A model generated the notes under the pieces. The model saw nothing but the letters and a program-made list of their open reading frames with translations. It searched no databases and was not told the origin of the DNA. Source: Myxine glutinosa (Eukaryota). Taken from it: a stretch of DNA of 64,000 bases. Made by a program: the position numbers and the translations under genes. The first letter of the stretch is position 1, and each line of letters starts with the position of its first letter. Of the stretch, positions 12,647 to 21,990 are shown in pieces. The stretch lies in assembly GCF_040869285.1 (NCBI RefSeq), contig NC_090432.1, one strand, 5' to 3'.

Positions 12647-12759
12647 CTGGAAAAGAAACAATCAAAAAGAGCACAAGAGGAATACTGTATTTTGAGAAAA
12701 GTTATTTTGCTATCTTTATCAAAAACTCTTCCTCACTCTCCTGGCACTGCCCTCTCCAC

Positions 12760-14185
12760 CCCACCCCCAGGAGTACCTCTGGCTACGGCTTCCTCTCCGC
12801 TCCCACCTTTTGTTCATATGTGTTCTGTACCGTCCTCCAAACAGTGATGACTCCATTTACATGTCACTGTCTGACAACATGGACCAACTTCTATCAACTC
12901 ATCCCAACTTTCTCTTCCTCATATGTGGCGACTTCAACTGTCATCATGCCAGCAACTGGCTGGGTGTGGGTTCCTCTCTCACCAGCCATGGCACCTCAGC
13001 AAAGGACTTCTGTGACTCATTGGGACTGTCACAATCTGTCAATTTCCCGACCCGGATCTCAATCAATGGAGTATCTTCTCTTCTAGACTTGGTTATGACA
13101 AACCTCCCGGCAAATGTCTGCTGCTCTTCTTCTGCTCCAATCGGTTCTTCTGATCATGTGCTTGTTAAAGTAGACATCTCTCTGGCCATTCTCAGAGAGC
13201 CTCCTCAGCGTCGACGAGTCTGGCATTTCACTCAGGCCGACTGGCACGGGCTACAAGCAGCCATCAATCATCTGGACTGGTCTCCCATCTCGACTGCCTC
13301 TGACATCAATTCTTGCTGGGAATTCTTCCAAAGCAAGTGCTCTCTCTCATGCACAGATTTATCCCATCTCGTCTTCAGTTGTCTTACCCTTCCTCCCGTC
13401 CATGGTACACTGAATCTTGTGGTGAGGCAGTTGCCCTGAAACAACTTGCCTTTGCCTCTTGGAAGGCAAATCCAACTGAAGGTAATCTCAGTTCCTTCCA
13501 CCAAGTTCGGAACAAGTGTGTGTCTACCCTCAGGAGTGCCAGGAAGCACTATCTCTCCACACTCAAGAATGAACTCTCAAACCTGTCTCCTTCCTCCAAA
13601 TCCTGGTGGCATCTGGTCAAATCCGTTTCTGGTGTTTGTTCCCTCTCCATCCCCTCCCTTACCTCAAATGGCTACACAGTTGACACCGCACGTGACAAAG
13701 CCGAATGCCTCAACTCTGTGTTTGCCTCAAAATCTTGTGTCCCAAACCCATCTCTCTCTGTTCCCACCTTACCCAGTCGAACCCAACTGCTCCTGGACTC
13801 TGTGCCCTTCTCTCCTGACAAGGTGGAGAAGTTTTTGTCAAACCTCGACTCTAATTCTGCAACTGGACCAGATGGCATCAGCCCACGGGTCCGAAAATCC
13901 TGCTCTGCCGCTCTATCTCACCCCCTCTCTGTTCTTTTCACCCTCTCTTTTCACCCTTCTCCCATGCCTCCCCCCCAAAGCCCTCTCCCTCCCACAGTTC
14001 TCTCGATGTCTCCATGTCTCTCGGTCCCTGCTCTCAAATGTTGTGTTTGTGTCCTTCCCCCTCTCTCCCCATCTTGTCTACCGCTCCCGATGTTATTTGT
14101 TTTGTGTGTCTGTTTGTCTTTCTGTGTGATTAATGTTTGCTCTTTCACGAGCCTCGATCTTGTATACAAAAAAAAAAAAAAAAAA
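12760..14185 (+). mobile_element. CR1-like LINE copy, internally deleted (APE C-terminus plus RT N-terminus joined to the 3' UTR tail and poly-A)
   Basis: ORFs contain LICGDFNCHH...SSDH (endonuclease) and LDSNSATGPDGISPRV (RT start). The sequence then jumps to the 3' UTR ...TGCTCTTTCACGAGCCTCGATCTTGTATAC(A)18. Confidence 0.7.
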
Positions 14186-15055
14186 GCCAGTCGCCGACTG
14201 GGCATCCTCCGTCCTGCGAAGTCCTTCGTTGGCACACCTGAGCTCCTCACCACATACAAGGCTTTCATCCGCAGCTCAATGGAATACTGTTCCCCCCTCT
14301 GGGCCGGTGCTCCTGCCTCACACCGAGCTCAGCTTCACGCTGTTGAAGCCAAAGCTTTCAGAATCATTGGAATCTCCTTTCGATGAAGCTAACTCCGAGG
14401 GCCTTTCACTCACTCACCGCAGGCAGGGTTGGTGGTCTTTCTGTCTTCTACTGACTCCTCTCCGGCCTTGCTCCCCCAGCTCTCTCTGTGCTCTGTCCCC
14501 CAAATATTCCTACAGGTCGCACAAGATCTGCCAGCAACCCTTTTATGGTTAAACTGCCAAAATCTAGGCTCTCTGCTCACCTTCACTCTTTCATTCCCCT
14601 TTTCTCCCGCCTCTGGAACAAACTCCCCCACTCCCTTCAATCCCACTCCTCCCTCCAGGTCTTTAAAACAGCTGTTCACCACCATATCTTATCTTCCCAT
14701 ATCCAAAACCTTGATCTTTCTACCCCCGCTAATCCACCCCAGATACACTTTTTCGAAATTCCAACTTCTTTCCTGGAAGTCCTTGGAGTGTCCATATGTT
14801 TTATACTTCTCCCACCTCCCCCCAAGCCCTCTCCCTCCTATAGTTCTCTCGATGTCCCTGCTCTCAAATGTTGTGTTTGTGTCCTTCCCCCTCCCTCCCC
14901 ATCTTGTCAACCGCTCCCCTTATTTTGTGTTTTATGTGTCGGTTTGTGTCGGTTTGACTTTTTGTGTTATTAATGTTTGCTCTTTCACGAGCCTCGATCT
15001 TGTATACATACAAAAAAACAAAACAAACAAAAAAAAAATCAGTGAGACAAAGCAC
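14186..15055 (+). mobile_element. CR1-like LINE, 5'-truncated 3' end (RT C-terminus plus 3' UTR), inserted in tandem after the previous copy
   Basis: Encodes ASRRLGILRPAKSFVGTPELLTTYKAFIRSSMEYCSPLWAGAPASHRAQLHAVEAKAFRIIG (CR1-clade C-terminal motif). Ends ...GAGCCTCGATCTTGTATACATACAAAAAAACAAAACAAAC. Confidence 0.7.
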
Positions 15056-15320
15056 AAATGAAGCAGAAAATCTAAAAGTTAAAGTAATTTTAGTAGAGCA
15101 AAGTACTTTTAATAAAGCCTGACCTTGAGGTGGTCTTCGACTCTTGGGGTCTGTTCAGGCACTCGAGCAACCATTTCACTTCACCCTTCTCCAGAGATGC
15201 ACCTGTTTTTGAATGGCCTTGTCCAGCTTGTTCTTGCAGGTTACCCATCAGAGCCCTGTTCAGCTCTTGTGTTCTTGTCGCAGTGGAACTGGATTCTTCT
15301 AGGCCAAGAAGCCGACTCAC

Positions 15321-15496
15321 CTGGTGAGCAATTGGGGAATCACGGGCTGTATTGAGGGCATGTTGCCAGAATAAGGAAGGAGCTTGGGCCTGCAGTTGAG
15401 CAAGCTCATGGGCATTTTCGCTGAGAAATGTTTGAAATGCAGAAACATCCGGTAAGCTTGCTCTCGCTTCACGGGGTAGTTGTCGCACATTTGACT
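15321..15496 (-). CDS. NWD1: NWD1-like exon (E14): (E)SNVRQLPREARASLPDVSAFQTFLSENAHELAQLQAQAPSLFWQHALNTARDSPIAHQ. May extend to 15124.
   Basis: Acceptor ctgtattttgttccag|AG with phase 2 in, matching E13. A perfect internal donor CACCAG|gtgagtcgg lies at 15321. The ORF stays open to an alternative donor CCTCAAG|gtcagg at 15124. Confidence 0.55.
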
Positions 15497-16226
15497 CTGG
15501 AACAAAATACAGTTGAGGTTTCATGAACGATCCAATGAACGGAACATATTGCTGCACTGACAGTCAAGCAACAAGAAGAAATTACAACTTTAATTCCTTG
15601 ACTGTACTGAAACTTTCGGTTCTGTATCTGTCCCTGTCTGCTCCCCACCCTTCCCGCCCCCCCCCCCCCCCCCCCCAAAGTCACCGTTCCCACTGCCCAT
15701 TTCCGCTTCCCTTAGGGCACAATCCTTAGTTTAAAATTACATTTTCGAAAGAAAAAAAAAATCTGCAAACACCGAGCACACGCCTCACCATACAGTTGGA
15801 AGTCTTCTAGGAGGTACAATGGAGAGCAAACTTGGCACTTCATGGCCAGGAAAGGCAGACTAGTCAAAAGGACACCAAGTTGAGCAAACTCTCCTGCACT
15901 CACCTGCACAATCATATACATTTCACAATCTCAAGACATAGCTTTACTCCACATCCAAGCACCAAGTTCAAATTCCATAAACTATATGGAATGTCTTCAA
16001 TATATTGTTTAGCATAAACGTACACGTGCTTTCATACAAGCAAAGTTAAAATATACTACCTATGAACCTATATATAAGAGCGGAGGAGCTGCAGACTTGG
16101 GGTAGGGTGGGGGTGAGGACTTGAAGAAGAAACGGGGAGTCCGAGTGGAGGACAGAGAGTTGGAGTGGGGGACACAGAAGGGACAGAGTTGAGAAATGGT
16201 GGTTGATGCTTTGGAGGGTTTTTATT

Positions 16227-16470
16227 TTATTTTATTTTTCCCTTTTGTACATAAGATCGAGCCTCGTTTAAGAGCCAGCACATCAAATACATATTAGCAC
16301 GTAAACACAAAAAACATAAACTGACACGTAAAACAATAAAGGGAGGGGAGACAAGAGAGGGAAGCACACAAGCACAACAGTAGAGAACAGGGACATCGGG
16401 AGATCTGTTTGAAGGGAGAGGGCTGGGGGGGGAGGGGGAGATGGGGGGAAGGGGGAGGGAATGGGTACAC
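16227..16470 (-). mobile_element. LINE 3'-tail fragment of the same CR1-like family, inverted
   Basis: Reverse complement of the C-rich 3' UTR ...GAGCCTCGATCTTATGTACAAAAGGG... as seen at 14000-14178, 14815-15050 and 56640-56810. Confidence 0.55.
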
Positions 16471-16874
16471 GGTACACTGCCACAAACAGTCCATTGCCTT
16501 TTCACCCTATCACCTCACCCTTCCATGAGCCTCAATCTTATATCCATTATTTTCTTTCTTTTTTTTGTAGTTATTTATGCCAAGAGTTATGATTAAATGT
16601 ATTCCTGATTTAATAGATTTACTGACCAGGTGCTGTGGTAGATGCAGTAGTGCTTCGGGTAGTGGTGACAAGCAACTCCCAGGAAGAGGAAATACCGAAG
16701 CCAAGAAGTGTGCTGAAACAAAAAGGTTACAAAATGCAATAGAAAATTTTAAGTTTGATTTTGGTAAACATGCAGAAATCCACCCAAACCGATGGGAGCC
16801 AGAGATGGCAAAATGGTTGCGAGACACCTGGTCGGAAAGGTAGGCGGAGAAACCGGCAAAGCTTACAAATGTAC

Positions 16875-16996
16875 CTGCTATTAGGCAGTGAGTCTTCCTT
16901 TCAGCACCACCTTTAAGCAAGTAGCGTACCCTGACTGCATCCGCAATACCTCCCTGCAGCTTTGGCAACCATCCAGAAACTCCTTCTCCCAGAAAG
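16875..16996 (-). CDS. NWD1: NWD1-like exon (E13): SFLGEGVSGWLPKLQGGIADAVRVRYLLKGGAERKTHCLIA
   Basis: Acceptor caatggccag|C and donor ATAGCAG|gtacat; phase 1 in, 1 out. RVRYLLKGGAERKTHCLIA resembles the human NWD1 segment RERYLSGSERAKRHGVLA. Confidence 0.65.
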
Positions 16997-18060
16997 CTGG
17001 CCATTGCAAAGAATGAATAAAATACATTTCAAACCCTCTGCTCCACTTTAAAAAAAATTAAAATAAATAAAAAGGAGATCGTTAAAACAAAAGCGCAATA
17101 ACATTTGGCGAATGACAAGAGAATGTAAAGTCAATGAACACTTTCTCACAGTCACAAAAATATACGCTGCACTCTGCAGTTAAAATACCAGATGTTACCC
17201 ACTAATGGGAAATATAAGAAGTGATGAAGTAAATTGAAATGTTTAGCAAGCAGTTAAGTTAAGCCTGCACAAGTACATTTGTAATCATCTTACTATAATT
17301 CACCAAATGTCCGTCTGTCCGTCTGTCCGTTCGAAGGTACCGCAAAAGCGGCTGAACCGATCGCAATGATATTTTGGGTGGGTAATTCTGGGACCCCCTG
17401 GATTAAAATAGGCTATATTGTTTTTCCAATTTTCCAGTTTTTCCAAACATGATGGAATAATATTTACCGATATGAACAGTGGTGTGGCTTTTGTTGAAAT
17501 TCTACAAATACTGTTTATTCTACATACCAGGAGAGAGTAGATCGACTCCTGACGAACTCTTCCTATATAAACGTGCGGCTCCGAAGTAACATGGCAGCGT
17601 GTGCAAAGCGACTGAGAAACAGGTGTAGCGGCCGCTTCCGTGTTACAGATTCGGCGCGCACTCTTCACACATAAACGTGCGACTGAGAAAGACTGAGAAA
17701 GACTGAGAAAGATATGTAGCGGCCGCTTCCGTTTTGCAGAATTCAATCTTTTTTCAAAATGGGCGCCATGTACTGTTTAGATTTTGATGATTTGCGTGTG
17801 ATAATGATTCAATGGATGTTTATATGAATCGTTTAAAATAAAAAAAAGCCTTCAATTTCCGATATTTTGCCTTTTCATTTGGGCTTCCCAATTGAAGCCC
17901 CGCCCATACGGCGGGTACCGTTGCTAGTACACAAAATACATCCTGTGTGAGATTTTGAGCACAAGGGTTGCAAAATTGGGAGTTAGATGCACAAGAAAAG
18001 ATCGCAATATTCCTCTGTCAGAAAACATGTGAAGGAAACTTATTTATTTGCAAAACTTGC

Positions 18061-18220
18061 CATTTCAGGCTGCATAGTAGACGGCTGAATAAGGCAGAGG
18101 GCAGAGCACCTTCTGCCTGCCTGGCTGACTTAACCAAATCGATCCAAGGCACGGCTTCCTCCTTGAAATAAAAATTTGCCCCAAGGCTGATCACGTGCTG
18201 GAGTGTCACCTCGGAGAGAC
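18061..18220 (-). CDS. NWD1: NWD1-like exon (E12): (G)LSEVTLQHVISLGANFYFKEEAVPWIDLVKSARQAEGALPSALFSRLLCSLK, ending at a probable GC donor
   Basis: Acceptor ccttatacag|GT. The only phase-compatible donor is AAATG|gcaagt (a GC-AG intron with the canonical GCAAGT). GLSEVTLQHVISL resembles human GLSEAELKDVLSL. Confidence 0.55.
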
Positions 18221-18443
18221 CTGTATAAGGTAGGAGACAAGTTAAAATGCTAGTTAATTTTTTGAGGCCAAAATGGCGGCCCTCCCCCCCCCCCCCCCTC
18301 CTCAAGAATGGCAGATTGAGGTTGATGAAACAAATCCAACAGTCGGTGAATAAAAATAACCCACCAGCCCCAACCATAACAATGAGTGACAATAACTATT
18401 AACATAAATGATAGTAGGAAATAAAGTGCAGTTTTTATCTTAC

Positions 18444-18576
18444 CATCATGACAACAGAAAAGGCTGAGCAAGGCACGGCTGACCGGATCTTGGCCAAGCT
18501 CATCCTCGAGGCGACATAACACCTGCTGCAACAACTCAGGAATGGTCTGGCCAAGCTCGGCTATCTTCGATGTCAG
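18444..18576 (-). CDS. NWD1: NWD1-like exon (E11): LTSKIAELGQTIPELLQQVLCRLEDELGQDPVSRALLSLFCCHD
   Basis: Acceptor tttgttgtgtacag|CTG and donor CATGATG|gtaaga. Confidence 0.7.
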
Positions 18577-18803
18577 CTGTACACAACAAAATACGTGACT
18601 TCAAATGCAGTTTCCGCACTTGGTCGACACAATGCATGAACGGTGTCGACGAGTCGCATTTTCTATGATTAGTACTGCCTTTTCTCCAAGGAAGAGGATG
18701 ATTTGGTCACATTTGAGGATGATTAGGTCACATTTGTAGAGGACAAATACCAATGACTAGACTCAAGACCACTCACGGAGGCCAAACCTAATAGCGCTCT
18801 GAC

Positions 18804-18896
18804 CTTTTCAAAGTGTCCAAAGAAGCGAAGCTCCTCACAAGCAAGCTGGAGAAAGCGTGGTTCGGCCCCACCCCGCTTGCCAAGTAGCAATTGCAT
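18804..18896 (-). CDS. NWD1: NWD1-like exon (E10): MQLLLGKRGGAEPRFLQLACEELRFFGHFEK
   Basis: Acceptor tttctctgctttgcag|ATG and donor GAAAAG|gtcaga; phase 0/0. Resembles the human segment LLWASLPECGNPGRLRLAFEEARKW. Confidence 0.7.
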
Positions 18897-18984
18897 CTGC
18901 AAAGCAGAGAAACATGGTGGCTTCCTGCATGCAGCACCAAAAACAAGTCTCGCATAAATCAAATCTAAGTTTCCCTCTGAATCG

Positions 18985-19255
18985 AAATTTTAAATAATCT
19001 AAAATCATAATCTAATTGACTAGACGGATTTATGGGCAAAAGGCCATGTATAAGCTTCTAGGTGCATTTTTGGGTAAAAGTTGTGAACCTCACTTTTTAA
19101 CATAATTAGGGTATGCTGAATTCAATTAACCCGGTTCCCAAGCCGAATTTTGAGTTTTTGACCTTCTAATTAGCATAAACAAAATGGCCGCCAAATTGCC
19201 ATTTTTTGACACATTCTTGGGACAAGCATTTATAAATCATGTATATACATGCAGC
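18985..19255 (+). repeat. Left arm of a ~270-bp inverted repeat (about 90 percent identity to the reverse complement of 21741-21990) flanking a 2.5-kb complex
   Basis: GGCAAAAGGCCATGTATAAGCTTCTAGGTGCATTTTTGGGTAAAAGTTGTGAACCTCACTTTTTAACATAATTAGGG...CAAGCATTTATAAATCATGTATA. A third short copy is at 20690-20740. Confidence 0.7.
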
Positions 19256-19651
19256 TGTATGTCATCTATCTATAATTCCAGTAATCTCTGTGTGTATGTT
19301 TGTATGTTTGTATGTATGTATGTATGTATGTTTGTCTGTGACCGCTGTTTCTCGACAACTACCGGTCCGATATACTTTAAACTTGCCAGGTATATTGCTG
19401 GGGACCCGAGGATGTGCCTTTTCAAGGTTTCATATTAATCGGAGAAGTAGTTACCGAGCTATGTCCAAAAAACGATTCAACCAATCAGAGAGCAGCGAGC
19501 TATCACGTGTGCCGAACGTGGCGAACAGACTCTGCCTCGGACGGCACATTTGAGAGCGTATTCATTTATTTCACGTTGGCAAACTATGTTGCCGTTAAAC
19601 TATGTTTTAAAACTAATTACGTGCACGCTATGGCGATTTCTTTACCAAACT

Positions 19652-19838
19652 CTGCAAGCCGTTCGCTTTGGACCAAACCATTTCATGTAAATAGAGGGGG
19701 GGGGATTGTCACCGTACTCGCAAGCCGTTCGCTTTGGACCAAACCATTTCATGTAAATAGAGGGGGGGGGATTGTCACCGTACTCGCAAGCCGTTCGCTT
19801 TGGACCAAACCATTTCATGTAAATAGAGGGGGGGGGAT
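19652..19838. repeat. 59-bp minisatellite, 3 copies
   Basis: ACTCGCAAGCCGTTCGCTTTGGACCAAACCATTTCATGTAAATAGAGGGGGGGGGATTGTCACCGT repeated. Confidence 0.9.
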
Positions 19839-19867
19839 TTAATTTTAGATATAGATATAGTACGGGC

Positions 19868-20446
19868 ATGCCCGAGTATACACCAATTGGTGCTGTTTTA
19901 AACAATCTACCGAGAAGTTTGTCCACAGCACTGCTACCATTTCACGCATTAACTGGGTGTGACACCACCTCCTATTTTGCAAATCACACCAAACGAACAT
20001 CATGGAAAGTCTTCAAAGAGCACAATAAACTGCTGAAGAACTTGGGCATTGGTGAACTCACAGAGGAGACAATAAAATCTGCAGAAGCGTTCGTCTGCAG
20101 AATATACAATGTACACAGAACAACCGCTGTTGATTCAGCACGACATATGTTGTTCTCCAAGACTGGTAAACCAGAAGCAATGTCACCGACAAGTGATGCT
20201 CTTCATTTCCATTTGATGCGAGTACACTATCAAGCCATGGTATGGAGAAATGCTCATTGTGCCATACCTGACCTTCCTGCACCTGTGGAAACGGGATGGA
20301 AACGTGGTGATTCAGGACTAGAGCCTATTCTGATGTCACCGAGTCCAATCCCAGAAAGTTTCCTCGAGATGATTTGTTGTGCATACCAGAAGCAATGCAA
20401 GACTCAACGCTGCAAATGTCACTATTCAGAGTTGAGGTGCACATGA
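19868..20446 (+). CDS. ORF-X copy 1 (192 aa), an uncharacterised and probably TE-encoded protein with motif HALTGCDTTS and a C-terminal Cys-rich CXC-like end
   Basis: The ORF is uninterrupted. Its C-terminal half is homologous to the ORF at 62139..62639: AEAFVCRIYNVHRTTAVDSARHMLF...HYQAMVWRNAHCAIPDLPAPVETGWKRGDSGLEPILM... aligns with PERYVAILYDRTTEIKTVNDMCRHLF...KRACFQAGHVWSQALVPYLELPSPADWGWMKTGTSWTPIW..., followed by CxC...C motifs. Confidence 0.5.
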   Translation: MPEYTPIGAVLNNLPRSLSTALLPFHALTGCDTTSYFANHTKRTSWKVFKEHNKLLKNLGIGELTEETIKSAEAFVCRIYNVHRTTAVDSARHMLFSKTGKPEAMSPTSDALHFHLMRVHYQAMVWRNAHCAIPDLPAPVETGWKRGDSGLEPILMSPSPIPESFLEMICCAYQKQCKTQRCKCHYSELRCT

Positions 20447-20756
20447 ATGTGTGCCTGTCAGCAAGTGATGATCAGACACCTTGTATGAATTTGATGTAGT
20501 TTGGCAAAATAACACGTGTGACATTCCTGAATGTTTGTGCTTCATGGCCATGTATACTTAATTTTAGAATAAATGGTTGTATGAAACATTGTCTTATTAA
20601 AACCATTTACCATTTTATAGTGTCCAATTTCAATGTCAGTTTGAATGTGTCTTTTAATATGTCACCAACCATAATGCAGACAGATTTATGAAAAAAAGGC
20701 CATGTATAAGCTTCTTGGTGCATTTTGGGGTAAAAGTTGTAAAGTTAAAGTAAAAG

Positions 20757-21740
20757 AGCTGCATGTATACACAAAGAATTAAGTTAAGCACCCCCCCCGT
20801 TTTTTTACAACCTCGCACATTACAAGTTTGTTGTCGTCAAAACAGTGTAATATACCCATGATATTGCTATATTTTCTGGAGAAGTGATATTATGGTCACA
20901 TAAAAACATAACAATCATGCCGTTTTCAATATTTTATTCTGAATAATTTAAGGTGAAATTTTTTGGGAATTTTAGGCATATTTTCACCTCAATTTAAGTA
21001 TGGAGCTATAGGTCCATCACGGACAGTGTGGATGACGTTTATGTTTTCTAACGTATAGTCATTGTTCTGAGAAGACCTCTAGCGATCTTTGCGTCAATAA
21101 CGTGTGTAGGACCCACGTGATCGGATCACTGACTCAACCCTACGTCTCATAGACCCTGTAAGCCGTCGTATGCGTTGCTGTGGCAGGTTGTTCCATTCCC
21201 GATGTAATGCACGTTCGGGACATGTTGGGACGACAAATTGCGAAGATGGTCCCTCCAATAGCCAATCTGGATGAATTGGAACGTGCATTACATCGGGAAT
21301 GGAACAACCTGCCACAGCAACGCATACGACGGCTTACAGGGTCTATGAGACGTAGGGTTGAGTCAGTGATCCGATCACGTGGGTCCTACACACGTTATTG
21401 ACGCAAAGATCGCTAGAGGTCGTCTCAGAACAATGACTGTACGTTAGAAAACATAAACGTCATCCACACTGTCCATGATGGACCTATAGCTCCATACTTA
21501 AATTGAGGTGAAAATATGCCTAAAATTCCCAAAAATTTTCACCTTAAATTATTCAGAATAAAATATTGAAAACGGCATGATTGTTATGTTTTTATGTGAC
21601 CATAATATCACTTCTCCAGAAAATATAGCAATAACATGGGTATATTACACTGTTTTGACGACAACAAACTTGTAATGTGCGAGGTTGTAAAAAAACGGGG
21701 GGGGTGCTTAACTTAATTCTTTGTGTATATATACATGATT
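20757..21740. mobile_element. Near-perfect palindrome made of two inverted copies of a Tc1/mariner 3' end (transposase C-terminus plus 3' TIR), joined by a 64-bp unique centre
   Basis: Arms 20757-21216 and 21281-21740 are reverse complements. Mirror-image ORFs 21094..21315(-) and 21180..21401(+) both encode ...LHREWNNLPQQRIRRLTGSMRRRVESVIRSRGSYTRY. Outer ends are ...AATTCTTTGTGTATA at TA. Confidence 0.8.
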
Positions 21741-21990
21741 TATAAATGCTTGTTCAAAGAAATTGTCCAAAGATGGCAATTTGGTGGACATTTTGTTTAT
21801 GCTAATTAGAAGGTCAAAACTCAAAATTCGTCTTGGGAACCGGGTTCACCTAATTCAGCATACCCTAGTTATGTTAAAAAGTGAGGTTCCCAACTTTTAC
21901 CCAAAAACGCACCTAACATTCACATTTCTCAGAAATATGTCGAGTCTATAAATCAAATCTAATCATCAAATTTAATTTGGTGCTTGTTAA
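21741..21990 (-). repeat. Right arm of the ~270-bp inverted repeat, reverse complement of 18985-19255
   Basis: Alignment of its reverse complement to the left arm. It directly abuts the Tc1-palindrome end at a TA. Confidence 0.7.

Noticed and set aside
13446-15061. Pro/Ser/Leu-rich + strand ORFs (227 aa, 210 aa, 161 aa)
   Set aside because: Translations of the C-rich LINE 3' UTR in wrong frames. Low complexity, duplicated with the repeat.
15655-15690. Long homopolymer C/G tracts (15655-15690, 18287-18300, 22838-22860, 23903-23934, 46919-46944)
   Set aside because: Noted as low-complexity or possible sequencing-difficult tracts. No functional interpretation is supported.
19652-19838. Regularly spaced direct repeats here, and also at 41848-42015 and 31415-33072, considered as CRISPR-like arrays
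   Set aside because: No unique spacers (units are contiguous tandem copies), eukaryotic context, no cas genes. These are ordinary minisatellites.
18957-21965. 15-bp direct repeat ATAAATCAAATCTAA considered as the TSD of one large TIR transposon
   Set aside because: Not rejected outright, but it is AT-rich and partly overlaps the outer IR alignment. It could be part of the IR rather than a target duplication. Reported as a finding with a caveat.
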